A stretch of 64,000 nt of DNA. It comes from an uncultured Bacilli bacterium. GTDB lineage: Bacteria; Bacillota_I; Bacilli_A; RF39; UBA660. The notes beneath the pieces were generated by a model. That model worked only from the letters and a program-made list of their open reading frames with translations, did no database searches and had not been told where the DNA came from. Below, one piece after another: positions 11,280 through 21,836 of this stretch. The stretch is taken from the NCBI GenBank assembly GCA_934149105.1, contig CAKPDP010000001.1, forward strand, positions 70,438 through 134,437. The letters run 5' to 3'. The stretch's first letter is position 1. The number at the start of each line of letters is the position of its first letter. A program made the position numbers and the translations under genes.

Positions 11280-12817
11280 AAAAGTTAAAGAATATTAGAT
11301 TACATCCAGCATTTATGTTTTTGATTCTTACTTTAACTATTATGATTATTAGTAGTGTTGGGAGTTTATTTGATCTAAAGACTAGTTATTATACGGTAGA
11401 TTCTGTTACGGGGGATTTAGAGACACAGGTTGTTACTATTAGTAATTTATTTAATAGAACAGGATTACAATATTTAGTTAGTAATTTACTTTCTAATTTT
11501 ATGAGTTTTTCACCTTTGGGGACTTTGATTATTGGACTTATAGGAGTGGGAGTTGCTCATAAGTCGGGATTTTTAAATACTTTTTATAAGATGATTACTA
11601 AGAATAGATCGAGAAAGTTATTTACGTATTTAGTAGTTTTAACAGGGGTTATTGCTGGGATGTTTTCGGAGGCTGGTTATGTTATTTTGCTTCCTTTAGC
11701 GGCTATATTATTTTTGAATTTGGGCCGACATCCGTCGGCAGGCGTTTGTGCTGCCTTTGCGGGGATTACTTTTGGATATGGAGCTAATGTTGTAGTTAAT
11801 GGATTAGATGGTTCATTAGTTAATTATACAAATATAGCGGCTTCTATTTTGGATACTACTTATAAGGCTAATGTTTCGGGTAATTTATTTTTAATGATTG
11901 TGGCTACCTTCTTAATAGCGTATTTAGGAATGGTTATTACAGAGAAATTTATAATACCTAAATTAGGGAAATATAATTTTAGTGAAGAAGAGAATTTTAT
12001 TGTATTACAAGAACCTACTAATAGAGAGAAAAAAGGCGTTATTTTATCTTTAGTAGTAGTGTTTATGGTATCTTTGGTATTTATATATTGTATTGTACCA
12101 GGGCTTCCTTTTTCGGGATTATTCCTATATTTAAAAGATAGTGGTTATGTTAATCAACTTTTTGGTAGTAATAGTTATTTTAATTTGGGATCAGTATTTA
12201 TCTTTAGTTTATTACTTATTATTGCAGGATTAGTATATGGATTTAGAACAAAGTCATTTAAGAATAATTGGGATGTAGTCGATGGAATGAATTATTATTT
12301 GAAAGATATGTCATCAATTTTGATATTAATTTTCTTTGCAGCGCAATTTTGTTTAATATTTAAACAAACTAATATTGGGGTATTTATAGTAGCTTCATTA
12401 TCAGAATTACTTAATAATATGCAACTTAGTGGAGTGGTTTTAATAATAGGAACGTTCTTTGTGACCGCTATTGCGACTATATTTGTGCCTACGGCATCTA
12501 CTAAATGGGCTATTCTAGCACCAATAGTAGTACCTATGTTTATGCAAAATTCTTTTACGGCAGAGTATGCTCAAGCAGTATTTAGAGCAGGTAATAGTGC
12601 TGGTTTAGGTATTACACCATTATTTAGTTATTTTGTTATATTAATTGGATTTTTACAAATATATAATAAGAAGAAGAATACTACAGTTACGATTACCGAT
12701 ACTATGAGTCTTATGACACCATATACAATAGCATTTACAGTATTATGGTTAATTGTAGTATTAGCATTTTATATTTTAGGGGTTCCTTTAGGAATAGGGA
12801 CTAAAGTTATGTTATAG
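11276..12817 (+). CDS. AbgT family (p-aminobenzoyl-glutamate type) transporter
   Basis: Multi-TM protein with AbgT-like blocks FSPLGTLIIGLIGVGVA, LGRHPSAGVCAAFAGITFGYGAN and WAILAPIVVPMFM. Confidence 0.85.
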   Translation: MKKLKNIRLHPAFMFLILTLTIMIISSVGSLFDLKTSYYTVDSVTGDLETQVVTISNLFNRTGLQYLVSNLLSNFMSFSPLGTLIIGLIGVGVAHKSGFLNTFYKMITKNRSRKLFTYLVVLTGVIAGMFSEAGYVILLPLAAILFLNLGRHPSAGVCAAFAGITFGYGANVVVNGLDGSLVNYTNIAASILDTTYKANVSGNLFLMIVATFLIAYLGMVITEKFIIPKLGKYNFSEEENFIVLQEPTNREKKGVILSLVVVFMVSLVFIYCIVPGLPFSGLFLYLKDSGYVNQLFGSNSYFNLGSVFIFSLLLIIAGLVYGFRTKSFKNNWDVVDGMNYYLKDMSSILILIFFAAQFCLIFKQTNIGVFIVASLSELLNNMQLSGVVLIIGTFFVTAIATIFVPTASTKWAILAPIVVPMFMQNSFTAEYAQAVFRAGNSAGLGITPLFSYFVILIGFLQIYNKKKNTTVTITDTMSLMTPYTIAFTVLWLIVVLAFYILGVPLGIGTKVML

Positions 12818-12828
12818 GAGGAATGTTT

Positions 12829-13926
12829 ATGAGTTTGACAGCAGGAATAGTGGGGTTACCTAATGTGGGAAAGAGTACTTTATTTAATGCTATTACAAAG
12901 ATGAATATATTAGCTGCTAATTATCCTTTTGCGACAATAGATCCTAATGTAGGAATTGTGACAGTACCTGATGAGAGGGTTAATAGGCTTGCTAATATGT
13001 ATAATCCTAAGAGGATTATACCAACTACTTTTGAATTTACGGATATAGCAGGATTAGTTAAGGGAGCTAGTAAGGGAGAAGGACTTGGGAATAAGTTTTT
13101 ATCACATATTAGAGAAGTAGATGCTATAGTAGAAGTAGTAAGATGTTTTGATGATAGTAATATTATTCATGTTGATGGTAAAGTAGATCCGGTTAGAGAT
13201 ATTGAAATTATTAATGTAGAACTTATTATGTCAGATTTAGAAATTATAGAGAATAGAATTAATAAGATTGGGAAGAAAGCTATGACTTCTAAGAATAAAG
13301 ATGATGTAAAGGAAATAAATGTTTTACTAAGAATAAAGGAAGCTTTAGAGAAAGAGATTCCGGTTAGAAAATTAGATTTTGATAAAGATGAGAAGAATAT
13401 ATTAAGATCTTTTAATTTGATTACGGCTAAACCAATAATATATGTTACTAACGTATGTGAAGGTGATCTAGGTATGGAGAATGACTATGTTAAGGAAGTT
13501 AGAGAATATGCGGCTTCTGATGGTAGTGAAGTTATTGTTGTATGTGCAAAGATCGAGAGTGAGTTAACAGAGTTAGAAGATGAAGAAAAGAAATTATTTT
13601 TAGAAGAATTAGGTATTAAAGAGAGTGGTTTGGATCAAGTTATAAATAAGACGTATTCTTTATTGGGATTAGCGACATATTTTACGGTAGGTATAGATGA
13701 AGTTAGAGCTTGGACATTTAAGAAAGGTATGAAGGCTCCAGAATGTGCTGGTATTATTCATAGCGATTTTGAGAGAGGTTTTATTAGAGCGGAAGTTATG
13801 TCTTATGATGATTTAATGGAAGCAGGTAGTGAGCAGAAAGTTAGAGAGAATGGAAAGATGCGTCTAGAGGGAAAAGATTATATAATGCAAGATGGAGATA
13901 TATGTCATTTTAGATTTAATGTTTAA
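12829..13926 (+). CDS. ychF: redox-regulated ATPase YchF
   Basis: GIVGLPNVGKSTLFNA P-loop and C-terminal TGS-like FIRAEV...DGDICHFRFNV. The second ATG has proper spacing from GGAGGA. Confidence 0.95.
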   Translation: MSLTAGIVGLPNVGKSTLFNAITKMNILAANYPFATIDPNVGIVTVPDERVNRLANMYNPKRIIPTTFEFTDIAGLVKGASKGEGLGNKFLSHIREVDAIVEVVRCFDDSNIIHVDGKVDPVRDIEIINVELIMSDLEIIENRINKIGKKAMTSKNKDDVKEINVLLRIKEALEKEIPVRKLDFDKDEKNILRSFNLITAKPIIYVTNVCEGDLGMENDYVKEVREYAASDGSEVIVVCAKIESELTELEDEEKKLFLEELGIKESGLDQVINKTYSLLGLATYFTVGIDEVRAWTFKKGMKAPECAGIIHSDFERGFIRAEVMSYDDLMEAGSEQKVRENGKMRLEGKDYIMQDGDICHFRFNV

Positions 13927-13941
13927 AGAAAGGAACTAAAT

Positions 13942-15744
13942 ATGGATAGAAATAGTGTTAGTGAGAAGTATAAATGGAATTTAGATGTGATATATAAAGA
14001 TAGTAAAGAATTTGATAATACTTGTGAATTAGTTAAGAAAGAGATAGAAGAGTTTGCAGGATATAAAGATAAATTTATGAATAATGGGGAATTATTCTAT
14101 GAGTGTATGTCTTTATCCTATAAGATCGAGAGAACTTTAGAGAAGTTGTATTGTTATACATCTTTAAGTTTTGATCTAGATACTAGGAATAATAGTATTC
14201 AAGAATTAAAGGGGAAAGTAAGTAATTTATATGATTACTATAATAAGAATTCTTATTATTTTATTCCAACAGTATTAAAGTATAATTATGATGATATAGT
14301 TAAGTTTTATGAGGAAGTAGAAGATTTAAAGAAATATGATATTGCCATTAAGAGGATATTCAGGTATAAGGATCATACTTTATCTTCAGAGAATGAGAAA
14401 TTGTTATCGATGATGGGAAAGGCTCTAGGGAATAATTATAGTACTTATGAATTGTTTAAAGATGCTGAGATGTCTTTTGGGAAGATAAAAGACGAAGATG
14501 GTAACCTGGTAGAGTTAAATAATAATAATTATTCTATTTATATAGAGAGTAAAGATAGAAGAGTTAGAAGAGAGGCTTTTTTAGAGTTATATAGAGTGTA
14601 TAAACAATATACTAATACTTATACATCACTATTGTTTAGTAATATTAAAGAAGAGACGGTTATGGCTAAGGTAAAGAAATTTAGTTCAGCTAGGGAGATG
14701 TCTGCTTATAGTGATGAGGTTACGACTAGGGTTTGTGATAATTTGATAGAAGAGGTTCATAATGGGCTTAAATCTATTTATAAGTATTATGATCTTAAGA
14801 AGGATATTTTGGGGGTAGATGAGTTACATTTATATGATATATATACACCTATTATTCAAGACAATGAAGAGATATATCCTTATGATCAGGCAGTAGAGAT
14901 AGTTCTTAAGGCTTTGAGTGTTTTTGGAGAAGAATATGTTAAGACATTAAGAGAGGGAATAAATAATAGATGGATAGATGTTTATCCTAGTAAGGCTAAG
15001 AGGACAGGAGGATATAGTGGTGGTAGTTATGATACTTATCCGTATATACTTCTTAATTATCAGGATCGATATAGTGATATGTCGACTTTAGCACATGAAG
15101 CAGGACATTCTATGCATAGTTTTTATACTAGGAGTTCTAATCCTTATGAATATGGTGATTATACTATTTTTGTAGCGGAAGTAGCTTCGACTGTTAATGA
15201 ACTTATTCTGGCTAATTATATGCTTAAGAATAGTAATAGTGATAAGGAGAAGCTTAGTATATTGGGAAGACTTATGGAGCTATATAAAGCTACTGTATAT
15301 AGGCAAACGATGTTTGCAGAGTTTGAAAGAGATATTTATGATATGGTAGAGAAAGATGTAACACTTACTAGTGAGATGTTGTGTAAGAAATATTATGAAC
15401 TTAATAAATTATATTTTGGGGATAATGTTTGTGTAGATGAAGAAATTAAATATGAATGGGAAAGAATACCACATTTCTATTATAATTTTTATGTTTATAA
15501 ATATGCTACAGGATTATCGGCAGCGACAAAGATTGTTACAGATATATTGAGTGGTAAAGATAAGGCAGTAGAGAATTATATTAGTTTTCTTAAATGTGGA
15601 AGGACTAAGTCGCCTTTAGAGTCTTTGAAGGTAGCTGGTGTAGATCTAGAAGATAAAGAAACTATTAAATCAGCGACAAGATATTTTGATAATGTTATAG
15701 AAGAATTTAAGAATATATATGAAAAATTGGAAACTAAGAAATAG
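13942..15744 (+). CDS. pepF: oligoendopeptidase F (M3B)
   Basis: HEAGHSMH zinc motif, 600 aa, N-terminal KYKWNLDVIY typical of PepF. Confidence 0.9.
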   Translation: MDRNSVSEKYKWNLDVIYKDSKEFDNTCELVKKEIEEFAGYKDKFMNNGELFYECMSLSYKIERTLEKLYCYTSLSFDLDTRNNSIQELKGKVSNLYDYYNKNSYYFIPTVLKYNYDDIVKFYEEVEDLKKYDIAIKRIFRYKDHTLSSENEKLLSMMGKALGNNYSTYELFKDAEMSFGKIKDEDGNLVELNNNNYSIYIESKDRRVRREAFLELYRVYKQYTNTYTSLLFSNIKEETVMAKVKKFSSAREMSAYSDEVTTRVCDNLIEEVHNGLKSIYKYYDLKKDILGVDELHLYDIYTPIIQDNEEIYPYDQAVEIVLKALSVFGEEYVKTLREGINNRWIDVYPSKAKRTGGYSGGSYDTYPYILLNYQDRYSDMSTLAHEAGHSMHSFYTRSSNPYEYGDYTIFVAEVASTVNELILANYMLKNSNSDKEKLSILGRLMELYKATVYRQTMFAEFERDIYDMVEKDVTLTSEMLCKKYYELNKLYFGDNVCVDEEIKYEWERIPHFYYNFYVYKYATGLSAATKIVTDILSGKDKAVENYISFLKCGRTKSPLESLKVAGVDLEDKETIKSATRYFDNVIEEFKNIYEKLETKK

Positions 15745-15856
15745 TTTCTTTTTTTGATGTTGACAAAATAGCATGTATATATAATATTTAGTTGAGAGTA
15801 AATTGACTTTTAAAGGGTTATAAATTATACTTAGGTTAAGATAAGGAGTTAAGGTT

Positions 15857-17317
15857 ATGTTTAAGAAGATATTAAGGGGAGTATTATTATTTATAGGGAT
15901 GATGCTTGTTAATAGGCCTATGGCAATGGCTAGTGATATTTGTACTGTTAGTAGTAATAGTGTTACTGTTAAAGGGCAAGATATTGTTCCTATTACAGTA
16001 TTAGTTAGTAATAGTGATAATAAGAACTTTAATAAGGGCCAAATAGAGATTAATTATGATAGTAATATTTGGGAATATGTAGATGTTAAAGATATCTATG
16101 AAGGATTTGAATATAATGTTAATAATAGTGAGGGGAAGTTTATATTATCTTTAACTAGTGATACTAATACTATTAATAGTGATGCAACAATGGTTACAAT
16201 AAATTTTAAAGTTAAAGAAGGAGTTGCAAATCAAAGGACTAATATTGCTCTTAGTGATCAATCTTTTATGGCTTCTAATGATGGTAATTATAATTGTGGT
16301 TCTAAGACACTTACTTATAATATTTATGATGATGTTAAAGATGCTACTTTGGCTTATTTAACTGTTAATGGGGATTTGAAACCAGAGTATAATGCGGGAA
16401 TAAAAGATTATACTTTGGCAGTGGATAATGATGTAAAAAGTTTATATGTTAGTGCTAAGTGTAAAGTAGCAGGCTGTAATATTTCTGGAGTAGGAGATCA
16501 TGCATTAAAGGTTGGTAAGAATGAAATAGAAGTTACAGTTTTATCTTCTGATGGTAGTAGTAAGAATATTTATAAGATTGTTGTTACAAGAAAAAAAGGG
16601 AATACTACTAGTAATAATAATGAAAATAAGAATTATGTTAAAGATAGTAATGCTAATTTAAAGAGTCTTACTATTAGTAAGGGAGAATTAGATCCGGGAT
16701 TTTCTAAAGATATTACTACATATACGGTTAATGTAGATAAAGATTGTGAAAGTATCAGGATTAGTGCTATATGTTCGGGTATAGAGTGTACAGTTAGTAA
16801 TACGGGAGTTAAATACTTAAAATACGGAGAGAATAAATATGAAATTAAGGTAACAGCAGAAGATGGGACAGTAAAGATTTATACTATTACTGTTAATAAG
16901 GCTTATGATTTAAGATTATCTAGTATTGTTATTAATAAATATTCTTTGAATCCTAGTTTTGATAAAGATATTTATGATTATGAAATAGATGTAGATAGTG
17001 ATGTAAATAGTTTAGATATTAGAACAGAGTCGGATAATACGGATAGTATTATTACAATTATGGGAAACAAGAATTTTAAGGTTGGCAAAAATATTGTTAC
17101 TATTAAAGTTGAAAATAAGGATAGTAAGGAGACTAATGTTTATACTATTATTGTTAATAAAAAGAGTAATGATGATAAGATTAAAGATGTAGATAAAGAA
17201 GAAGTTAAAATTAGAGATAATAGTTATGTTTTAACTTTGGGAATTGTTATAGGAAGTTTAATCTTAATAGGAGTAATAATATTTGTTTGGTATTTATTAA
17301 GAAAGAGAAAAAAATAG
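15857..17317 (+). CDS. surface protein: signal peptide, cohesin-like domain, three cadherin-like beta-sandwich repeats, C-terminal TM anchor
   Basis: N-terminal hydrophobic signal. Repeats of the type LKSLTISKGELDPGFSKDITTYTVNV...YKIVVTRK. C-terminal LGIVIGSLILIGVIIFVWYLLRKRKK. Confidence 0.6.
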   Translation: MFKKILRGVLLFIGMMLVNRPMAMASDICTVSSNSVTVKGQDIVPITVLVSNSDNKNFNKGQIEINYDSNIWEYVDVKDIYEGFEYNVNNSEGKFILSLTSDTNTINSDATMVTINFKVKEGVANQRTNIALSDQSFMASNDGNYNCGSKTLTYNIYDDVKDATLAYLTVNGDLKPEYNAGIKDYTLAVDNDVKSLYVSAKCKVAGCNISGVGDHALKVGKNEIEVTVLSSDGSSKNIYKIVVTRKKGNTTSNNNENKNYVKDSNANLKSLTISKGELDPGFSKDITTYTVNVDKDCESIRISAICSGIECTVSNTGVKYLKYGENKYEIKVTAEDGTVKIYTITVNKAYDLRLSSIVINKYSLNPSFDKDIYDYEIDVDSDVNSLDIRTESDNTDSIITIMGNKNFKVGKNIVTIKVENKDSKETNVYTIIVNKKSNDDKIKDVDKEEVKIRDNSYVLTLGIVIGSLILIGVIIFVWYLLRKRKK

Positions 17318-17346
17318 TTTACTTTGATTTAAAAGTTTGCTATAAT
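17318..17346 (+). promoter_or_regulatory. sigmaA-type promoter of the rpsF operon
   Basis: TTTACT (17318-17323), 17-nt spacer, TGcTATAAT extended -10 (TATAAT at 17341-17346). Confidence 0.5.
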
Positions 17347-17350
17347 ATGT

Positions 17351-17400
17351 GTCAGAGCGAAAGCTCCTTGCTCAAGTATTTGAGCCGTTAGTCCAAAGGG
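17351..17400 (+). promoter_or_regulatory. structured 5' leader of rpsF (possible S6:S18-binding leader)
   Basis: Hairpins gagc-gaaa-gctc and gctcaa-gtat-ttgagc. CTCCTT upstream can pair with the AAAGGGAGG Shine-Dalgarno region. Confidence 0.3.
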
Positions 17401-17410
17401 AGGTGTATTT

Positions 17411-17701
17411 ATGAATAAGTATGAAATAATGTTTATAGTAAGACCAGATGTTGATGAAGAAACTAGAAATAATACAGTTAAGGCCTTAGAAAAAGTATTA
17501 ACTGATAATAAAGCTACTATTACTTTATCAAAGGAATTAGGTCAAAAAGAATTTGCTTATGAAATTAAGAAATTTAAGTCTGGATTCTACTATTTATACA
17601 ATATTGAAACTAATGATTCTAAGGCAACTAATGAATTTAAGAGAGTTGCTAGAATTAACGAAAATGTTGTTAGAGACTTAGTTTTAAATATGGACAAGTA
17701 G
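17411..17701 (+). CDS. rpsF: 30S ribosomal protein S6
   Basis: MNKYEIMFIVRPD start, 96 aa, operon with ssb and rpsR. Confidence 0.95.
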   Translation: MNKYEIMFIVRPDVDEETRNNTVKALEKVLTDNKATITLSKELGQKEFAYEIKKFKSGFYYLYNIETNDSKATNEFKRVARINENVVRDLVLNMDK

Positions 17702-17712
17702 GAGATTAAATT

Positions 17713-18219
17713 ATGAATAAAGCAATTTTAATTGGAAGATTAACTAGAGATCCAGAATTGAGATATACTTCTAGTGGTAGAGCTGTTTGTCAATTCTCTA
17801 TTGCAATTAATAGAACTTATACTAATCAACAAGGACAAAGAGAAACGGATTTTATTAATTGCGTAGTTTGGGATAAACAAGCAGAAAATCTTGCTAAATA
17901 TGTTACTAAAGGAAGATTAGTAGCAGTTGATGGAAGAATTCAAACAAGAAATTATGATAATAATGAAGGTAAAAAAGTTTATGTAACAGAAGTTTTAGCG
18001 AATAGTATTCAATTTTTAGAATCTAAAAATTCTGCTCAAGGGAATGATATAGGAGGACAAAATCCTTTCGATAGCATGCCTGAACCTACTTATCCTACTA
18101 ATAGTGTTAATAATACTAGTATGAATACAAATACTGATAATGGGGTATCAGTTGAAAAAGATCCATTTGAAAGTTTTGGAGAATCAATTGAGATAAGTGA
18201 TAACGATTTACCTTTCTAG
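17713..18219 (+). CDS. ssb: single-stranded DNA-binding protein
   Basis: OB-fold N-terminus MNKAILIGRLTRDPELRYT and acidic tip DNDLPF. Confidence 0.95.
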   Translation: MNKAILIGRLTRDPELRYTSSGRAVCQFSIAINRTYTNQQGQRETDFINCVVWDKQAENLAKYVTKGRLVAVDGRIQTRNYDNNEGKKVYVTEVLANSIQFLESKNSAQGNDIGGQNPFDSMPEPTYPTNSVNNTSMNTNTDNGVSVEKDPFESFGESIEISDNDLPF

Positions 18220-18235
18220 TAGAGGAGGAAATATA

Positions 18236-18451
18236 ATGCCAGAATTTCGTAAAAAAAGAAAGAAAATTTGTCATATGTGTGCTGGTAAACCAGTAAAATA
18301 TAGTGATGTTAATATAATTAGTAAATATATTGGTGAAAGTGGAAAAATATTACCAAGAAGATTTACTGGTACTTGTGCTAAGCATCAAAGAGAAGTTGCT
18401 AAGCAAGTTAAATTAGCTAGATTTATGGGATTTATACCATTTTGTAAATAA
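18236..18451 (+). CDS. rpsR: 30S ribosomal protein S18
   Basis: The ATG at 18236 sits behind GGAGGA (track start 18197 lies inside ssb). KILPRRFTGTCAKHQREVAKQVKLAR motif. Confidence 0.95.
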   Translation: MPEFRKKRKKICHMCAGKPVKYSDVNIISKYIGESGKILPRRFTGTCAKHQREVAKQVKLARFMGFIPFCK

Positions 18452-18480
18452 GAATTGACAGTAGTTCAATTCTTATTTTA
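18450..18480 (+). terminator. rho-independent terminator after rpsR
   Basis: Perfect 8-bp stem agaattga / tcaattct, 6-7 nt loop, T-rich tail. Confidence 0.65.
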
Positions 18481-18535
18481 CTTTACTTATTTTTATATAG
18501 ATAGTATAATTATTATGTGAAAGTGGGGAATTTAG

Positions 18536-18976
18536 ATGAAGGTTATATTTATTAAAGATTTGAAAAAGCAAGGGAAAGTTAATGAAATAAAAGAAGTTAG
18601 TGATGGATATGCACTTAATTTTTTGATAAAGAATGGATATGCAGTTAAATATACTAAAACTAGTTCAGATAGATTAAATAAAGATTTGGAAGATATACAA
18701 ATTAAGGAAGAAAAAGAGATAGAGATTGCTAAGGAATTGAAAGAAAAAATTGCTAAGGAACATTTAAAATTTGGTGTTAAGTGTAATAATGGTAAGGTTT
18801 TTGGTAGTATTTCTTCAAAACAGATAGCAGATGAATTGGAAAAAAGAGGAATAAGTATTCAGAAGAAAAAGATAAAGATTGATGAACAAATAAGTACTTT
18901 GGGACATCATTTAGTGAATGTTGAATTACATAAAAAAGTTATAGGGGGGATAGATGTAGAATTAGTAGAAAAGTAG
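18536..18976 (+). CDS. rplI: 50S ribosomal protein L9
   Basis: [30 protein letters not shown] typical L9 N-terminus. Confidence 0.93.
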   Translation: MKVIFIKDLKKQGKVNEIKEVSDGYALNFLIKNGYAVKYTKTSSDRLNKDLEDIQIKEEKEIEIAKELKEKIAKEHLKFGVKCNNGKVFGSISSKQIADELEKRGISIQKKKIKIDEQISTLGHHLVNVELHKKVIGGIDVELVEK

Positions 18977-18985
18977 GGGATAAGT

Positions 18986-20329
18986 ATGAACAATGGATTA
19001 CCTCATAATTTAGAAGCTGAAAAGGGGTTAATAGGTAGTGTTTTTTGGTCTTATAATGCATTACAACAGGCTTGTGAAGAAGTTGAGAGAGAAAATTTTT
19101 ATTTAGAGAGTAATGCTTTGATATTTGGAACGATAAAGGATTTATATGAGAACAAGAAGCCTGTAGATGTAGATACAGTTGTTTCAGAACTTATAAATAA
19201 GAATGTTCTTAATCAAATTGGTGGGGTTGAATATTTAAATGATGTTATCAATAGTGTAGCAACAGGAGCACATATTGCTTATTATATAGATATTGTTTTA
19301 GAAAAGTATACTTTGAGAAAGATGATTGAGACTGCTACTAATATTATTACGATGGCTAATGATCCAAAAGTAGAGTTATCTGATGTGGTAGAGAGTGCAG
19401 AAAAAAATATTCTTAATGTAACTAAGACAAGAAAAACAGGAGATTTTCGAGGAATAAAAGACGTTATAATAAAGGCTCAGGAAAACTTAGAGACTTTGGC
19501 TAAGAATAGGGGAAAAGTTACGGGTCTTACGACTGGGTTTGCTGATTTAGATAACATAACAGAAGGATTTCATCCGACACAACTTGTTATAGTAGCAGCT
19601 CGCCCAGCGGTTGGTAAAACAGCTTTTGCTTTGAATATTGCTTGTGCGGCTGCTAAGAATACAAAGAAAAATATAGCTATTTTTTCTTTGGAAATGCCGG
19701 CAGAACAATTGGTAATGAGAATGATTAGTTCTTTAGGACAAGTAGATAATAAGAAATTACAGACTGGTAAGTTAGAGAATGATGACTGGAGAAGAGTTAA
19801 TGAAGCTATGAGTCAGCTTGCTGATACTAATTTATATTTTCATGATGCAGGAGGAATAACGGCTCCAGAGATTAGGGCTAAGTGTAGAAAATTATCGACA
19901 CAAGGTGAAGGATTAGGATTAGTTATAATTGACTATTTACAGTTAATTGATTCTAGTAGTAAATATGCTGGTAGTAGGCAACAGGAAGTATCGGAAATAT
20001 CTAGAAGTTTAAAGACTTTGGCTTTGGAATTAGAAGTTCCGGTTATTGCATTGTCACAGTTATCTAGAAGTGTGGAAAAAAGAGAGGATAAGAAGCCAGT
20101 TCTTAGTGATTTGCGTGAATCGGGTTCTATTGAACAGGATGCTGATATAGTAGCAGCTTTACATGCTCCAGATGTGGAAGCACCAATGGATGATTCAATT
20201 CCAACACCTTTACAAGTTATTTTACTAAAACATCGTAATGGTCCTACAGGGACAGTGGATTTATTATTCAAAAAGAAAACTTCGACTTTCTTATCGATAA
20301 AAAGGGATGGTGGTTCGTTTGCAAAATAA
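18986..20329 (+). CDS. dnaB: replicative DNA helicase
   Basis: PHNLEAEKGLIGS N-terminus, Walker A AARPAVGKTAFALN, SLEMPAEQL, DYLQLI motifs. Confidence 0.95.
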   Translation: MNNGLPHNLEAEKGLIGSVFWSYNALQQACEEVERENFYLESNALIFGTIKDLYENKKPVDVDTVVSELINKNVLNQIGGVEYLNDVINSVATGAHIAYYIDIVLEKYTLRKMIETATNIITMANDPKVELSDVVESAEKNILNVTKTRKTGDFRGIKDVIIKAQENLETLAKNRGKVTGLTTGFADLDNITEGFHPTQLVIVAARPAVGKTAFALNIACAAAKNTKKNIAIFSLEMPAEQLVMRMISSLGQVDNKKLQTGKLENDDWRRVNEAMSQLADTNLYFHDAGGITAPEIRAKCRKLSTQGEGLGLVIIDYLQLIDSSSKYAGSRQQEVSEISRSLKTLALELEVPVIALSQLSRSVEKREDKKPVLSDLRESGSIEQDADIVAALHAPDVEAPMDDSIPTPLQVILLKHRNGPTGTVDLLFKKKTSTFLSIKRDGGSFAK

Positions 20330-21836
20330 GATTTCAATAGCGGCTGCTTGTATTATAGTTTTTGTTAGTGCTTTAGTAACTTTATTGGGAATTAATAAGA
20401 AAAATTATAATCAAGCTATAGTTGCGTATAAAGTCTATTTAGATGGAAATGTTATAGGAACGGTTGCTAGTGATGAAGAATTTGATGATTTTATTAATTC
20501 TAAAGAAGAAGCTATTAAAGAAAAATATGGAGTTGATAAGGTCTATTTACCAGATGGTGTTAATGTAAAGAAAGTTTATACTTATAATGATAACTTTGAT
20601 AGTAATACGACTGTTTATGATAAATTAACGAAGAAGGATAAATTTACAATAAAAGGTATTACGGTTACTATTGATAATAGTTCTGAAGAAGATTATCAAA
20701 AGAAGACTATTTATGTTCTTAATAAAGGAATATTTGATGAGGCTATTGAGAAGATGATCAAGGCTTTTGTGGGGGAAGAACAATATGATAATTATGTTAA
20801 TGGGACTCAGGCAACAATAACGGAGACGGGTTCTATTATAGAGAGTATTGGTATTCAAGAAGAAGTTACTTATAAGAGTGGGTATATATCTACTGATAAT
20901 AAAATATTTACAGATAGTGATGAGTTATCTATGTATCTTATGTATGGGACAGTAGATAAACAGAGTAGTTACATTGTTAAAGAAGGAGATACAATTAGTG
21001 ATGTAGCAGAAGCTAATAAGCTTAATGTTCAAGAATTTTTGATTGCTAATCCTCAATTTAATAGTGAGAATAATTTGTTATATGCTGGTCAAGAAGTAGT
21101 AGTAGGATTAGTGGAACCTATACTTAGTATTGAAGAAGTAGTACATAGTGTTAGTGATGAAGAACATGCTTATGCAGTAGAGGTTCAATATGATGAGACA
21201 CAACTTACTACTTATGAAGAGACTATTCAAGAGGGAACTAATGGTTTAGATCGAGTTACGAAAAAGTTGCAATATATTAATGGACAATTAGTGGATTCTA
21301 AGAATGTTAGTACTACTTCTTTGACACCGTCAGTTAGTAAGATTGTGAAAAAAGGTAGTAGGGTGGCACCAAATATTGGAGACTTAAGTTATTGGGCATG
21401 GCCTACTAATAAACCTTATACTATTTCAACGTATTATGAGTATCGTTGGGGATCTTTCCATCCGGCTTTGGATATTACTGGTACAGGATTTGGTTCACCT
21501 ATATATGCAGCAAATAATGGAGTAGTAGTGGAAGTTGGTACAGGTTGTACCCCTGGTAAAACGACTTGTAATAGAACTAATGGTAATTATATTGTTATTA
21601 ATCATAATATTGGGGGATATTATACTAAATATATTCATTTGAATTCAGTTAATGTTAAGGTTGGAGATACGGTGGAAAGAGGCTCTAAAATAGGAACTAT
21701 GGGTAATACGGGTAATGTTGTACCAGTACCATCCGCTCTTAATCCTTATGGAGGTACACATTTACATTTTATGGTTTATATTGGAATGCCTAATCATGGT
21801 GGTCATACTATTAATCCATTAACTTTATATAGATAA
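20307..21836 (+). CDS. membrane-anchored M23 peptidase with LysM and G5 domains
   Basis: LysM (YIVKEGDTISDVAEANKLNVQEFL), G5-like (TNGLDRVTKKLQYINGQLV), M23 motifs (HPALDITG, THLHFMV). The start codon is uncertain and overlaps the dnaB end. Confidence 0.85.
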   Translation: MVVRLQNKISIAAACIIVFVSALVTLLGINKKNYNQAIVAYKVYLDGNVIGTVASDEEFDDFINSKEEAIKEKYGVDKVYLPDGVNVKKVYTYNDNFDSNTTVYDKLTKKDKFTIKGITVTIDNSSEEDYQKKTIYVLNKGIFDEAIEKMIKAFVGEEQYDNYVNGTQATITETGSIIESIGIQEEVTYKSGYISTDNKIFTDSDELSMYLMYGTVDKQSSYIVKEGDTISDVAEANKLNVQEFLIANPQFNSENNLLYAGQEVVVGLVEPILSIEEVVHSVSDEEHAYAVEVQYDETQLTTYEETIQEGTNGLDRVTKKLQYINGQLVDSKNVSTTSLTPSVSKIVKKGSRVAPNIGDLSYWAWPTNKPYTISTYYEYRWGSFHPALDITGTGFGSPIYAANNGVVVEVGTGCTPGKTTCNRTNGNYIVINHNIGGYYTKYIHLNSVNVKVGDTVERGSKIGTMGNTGNVVPVPSALNPYGGTHLHFMVYIGMPNHGGHTINPLTLYR

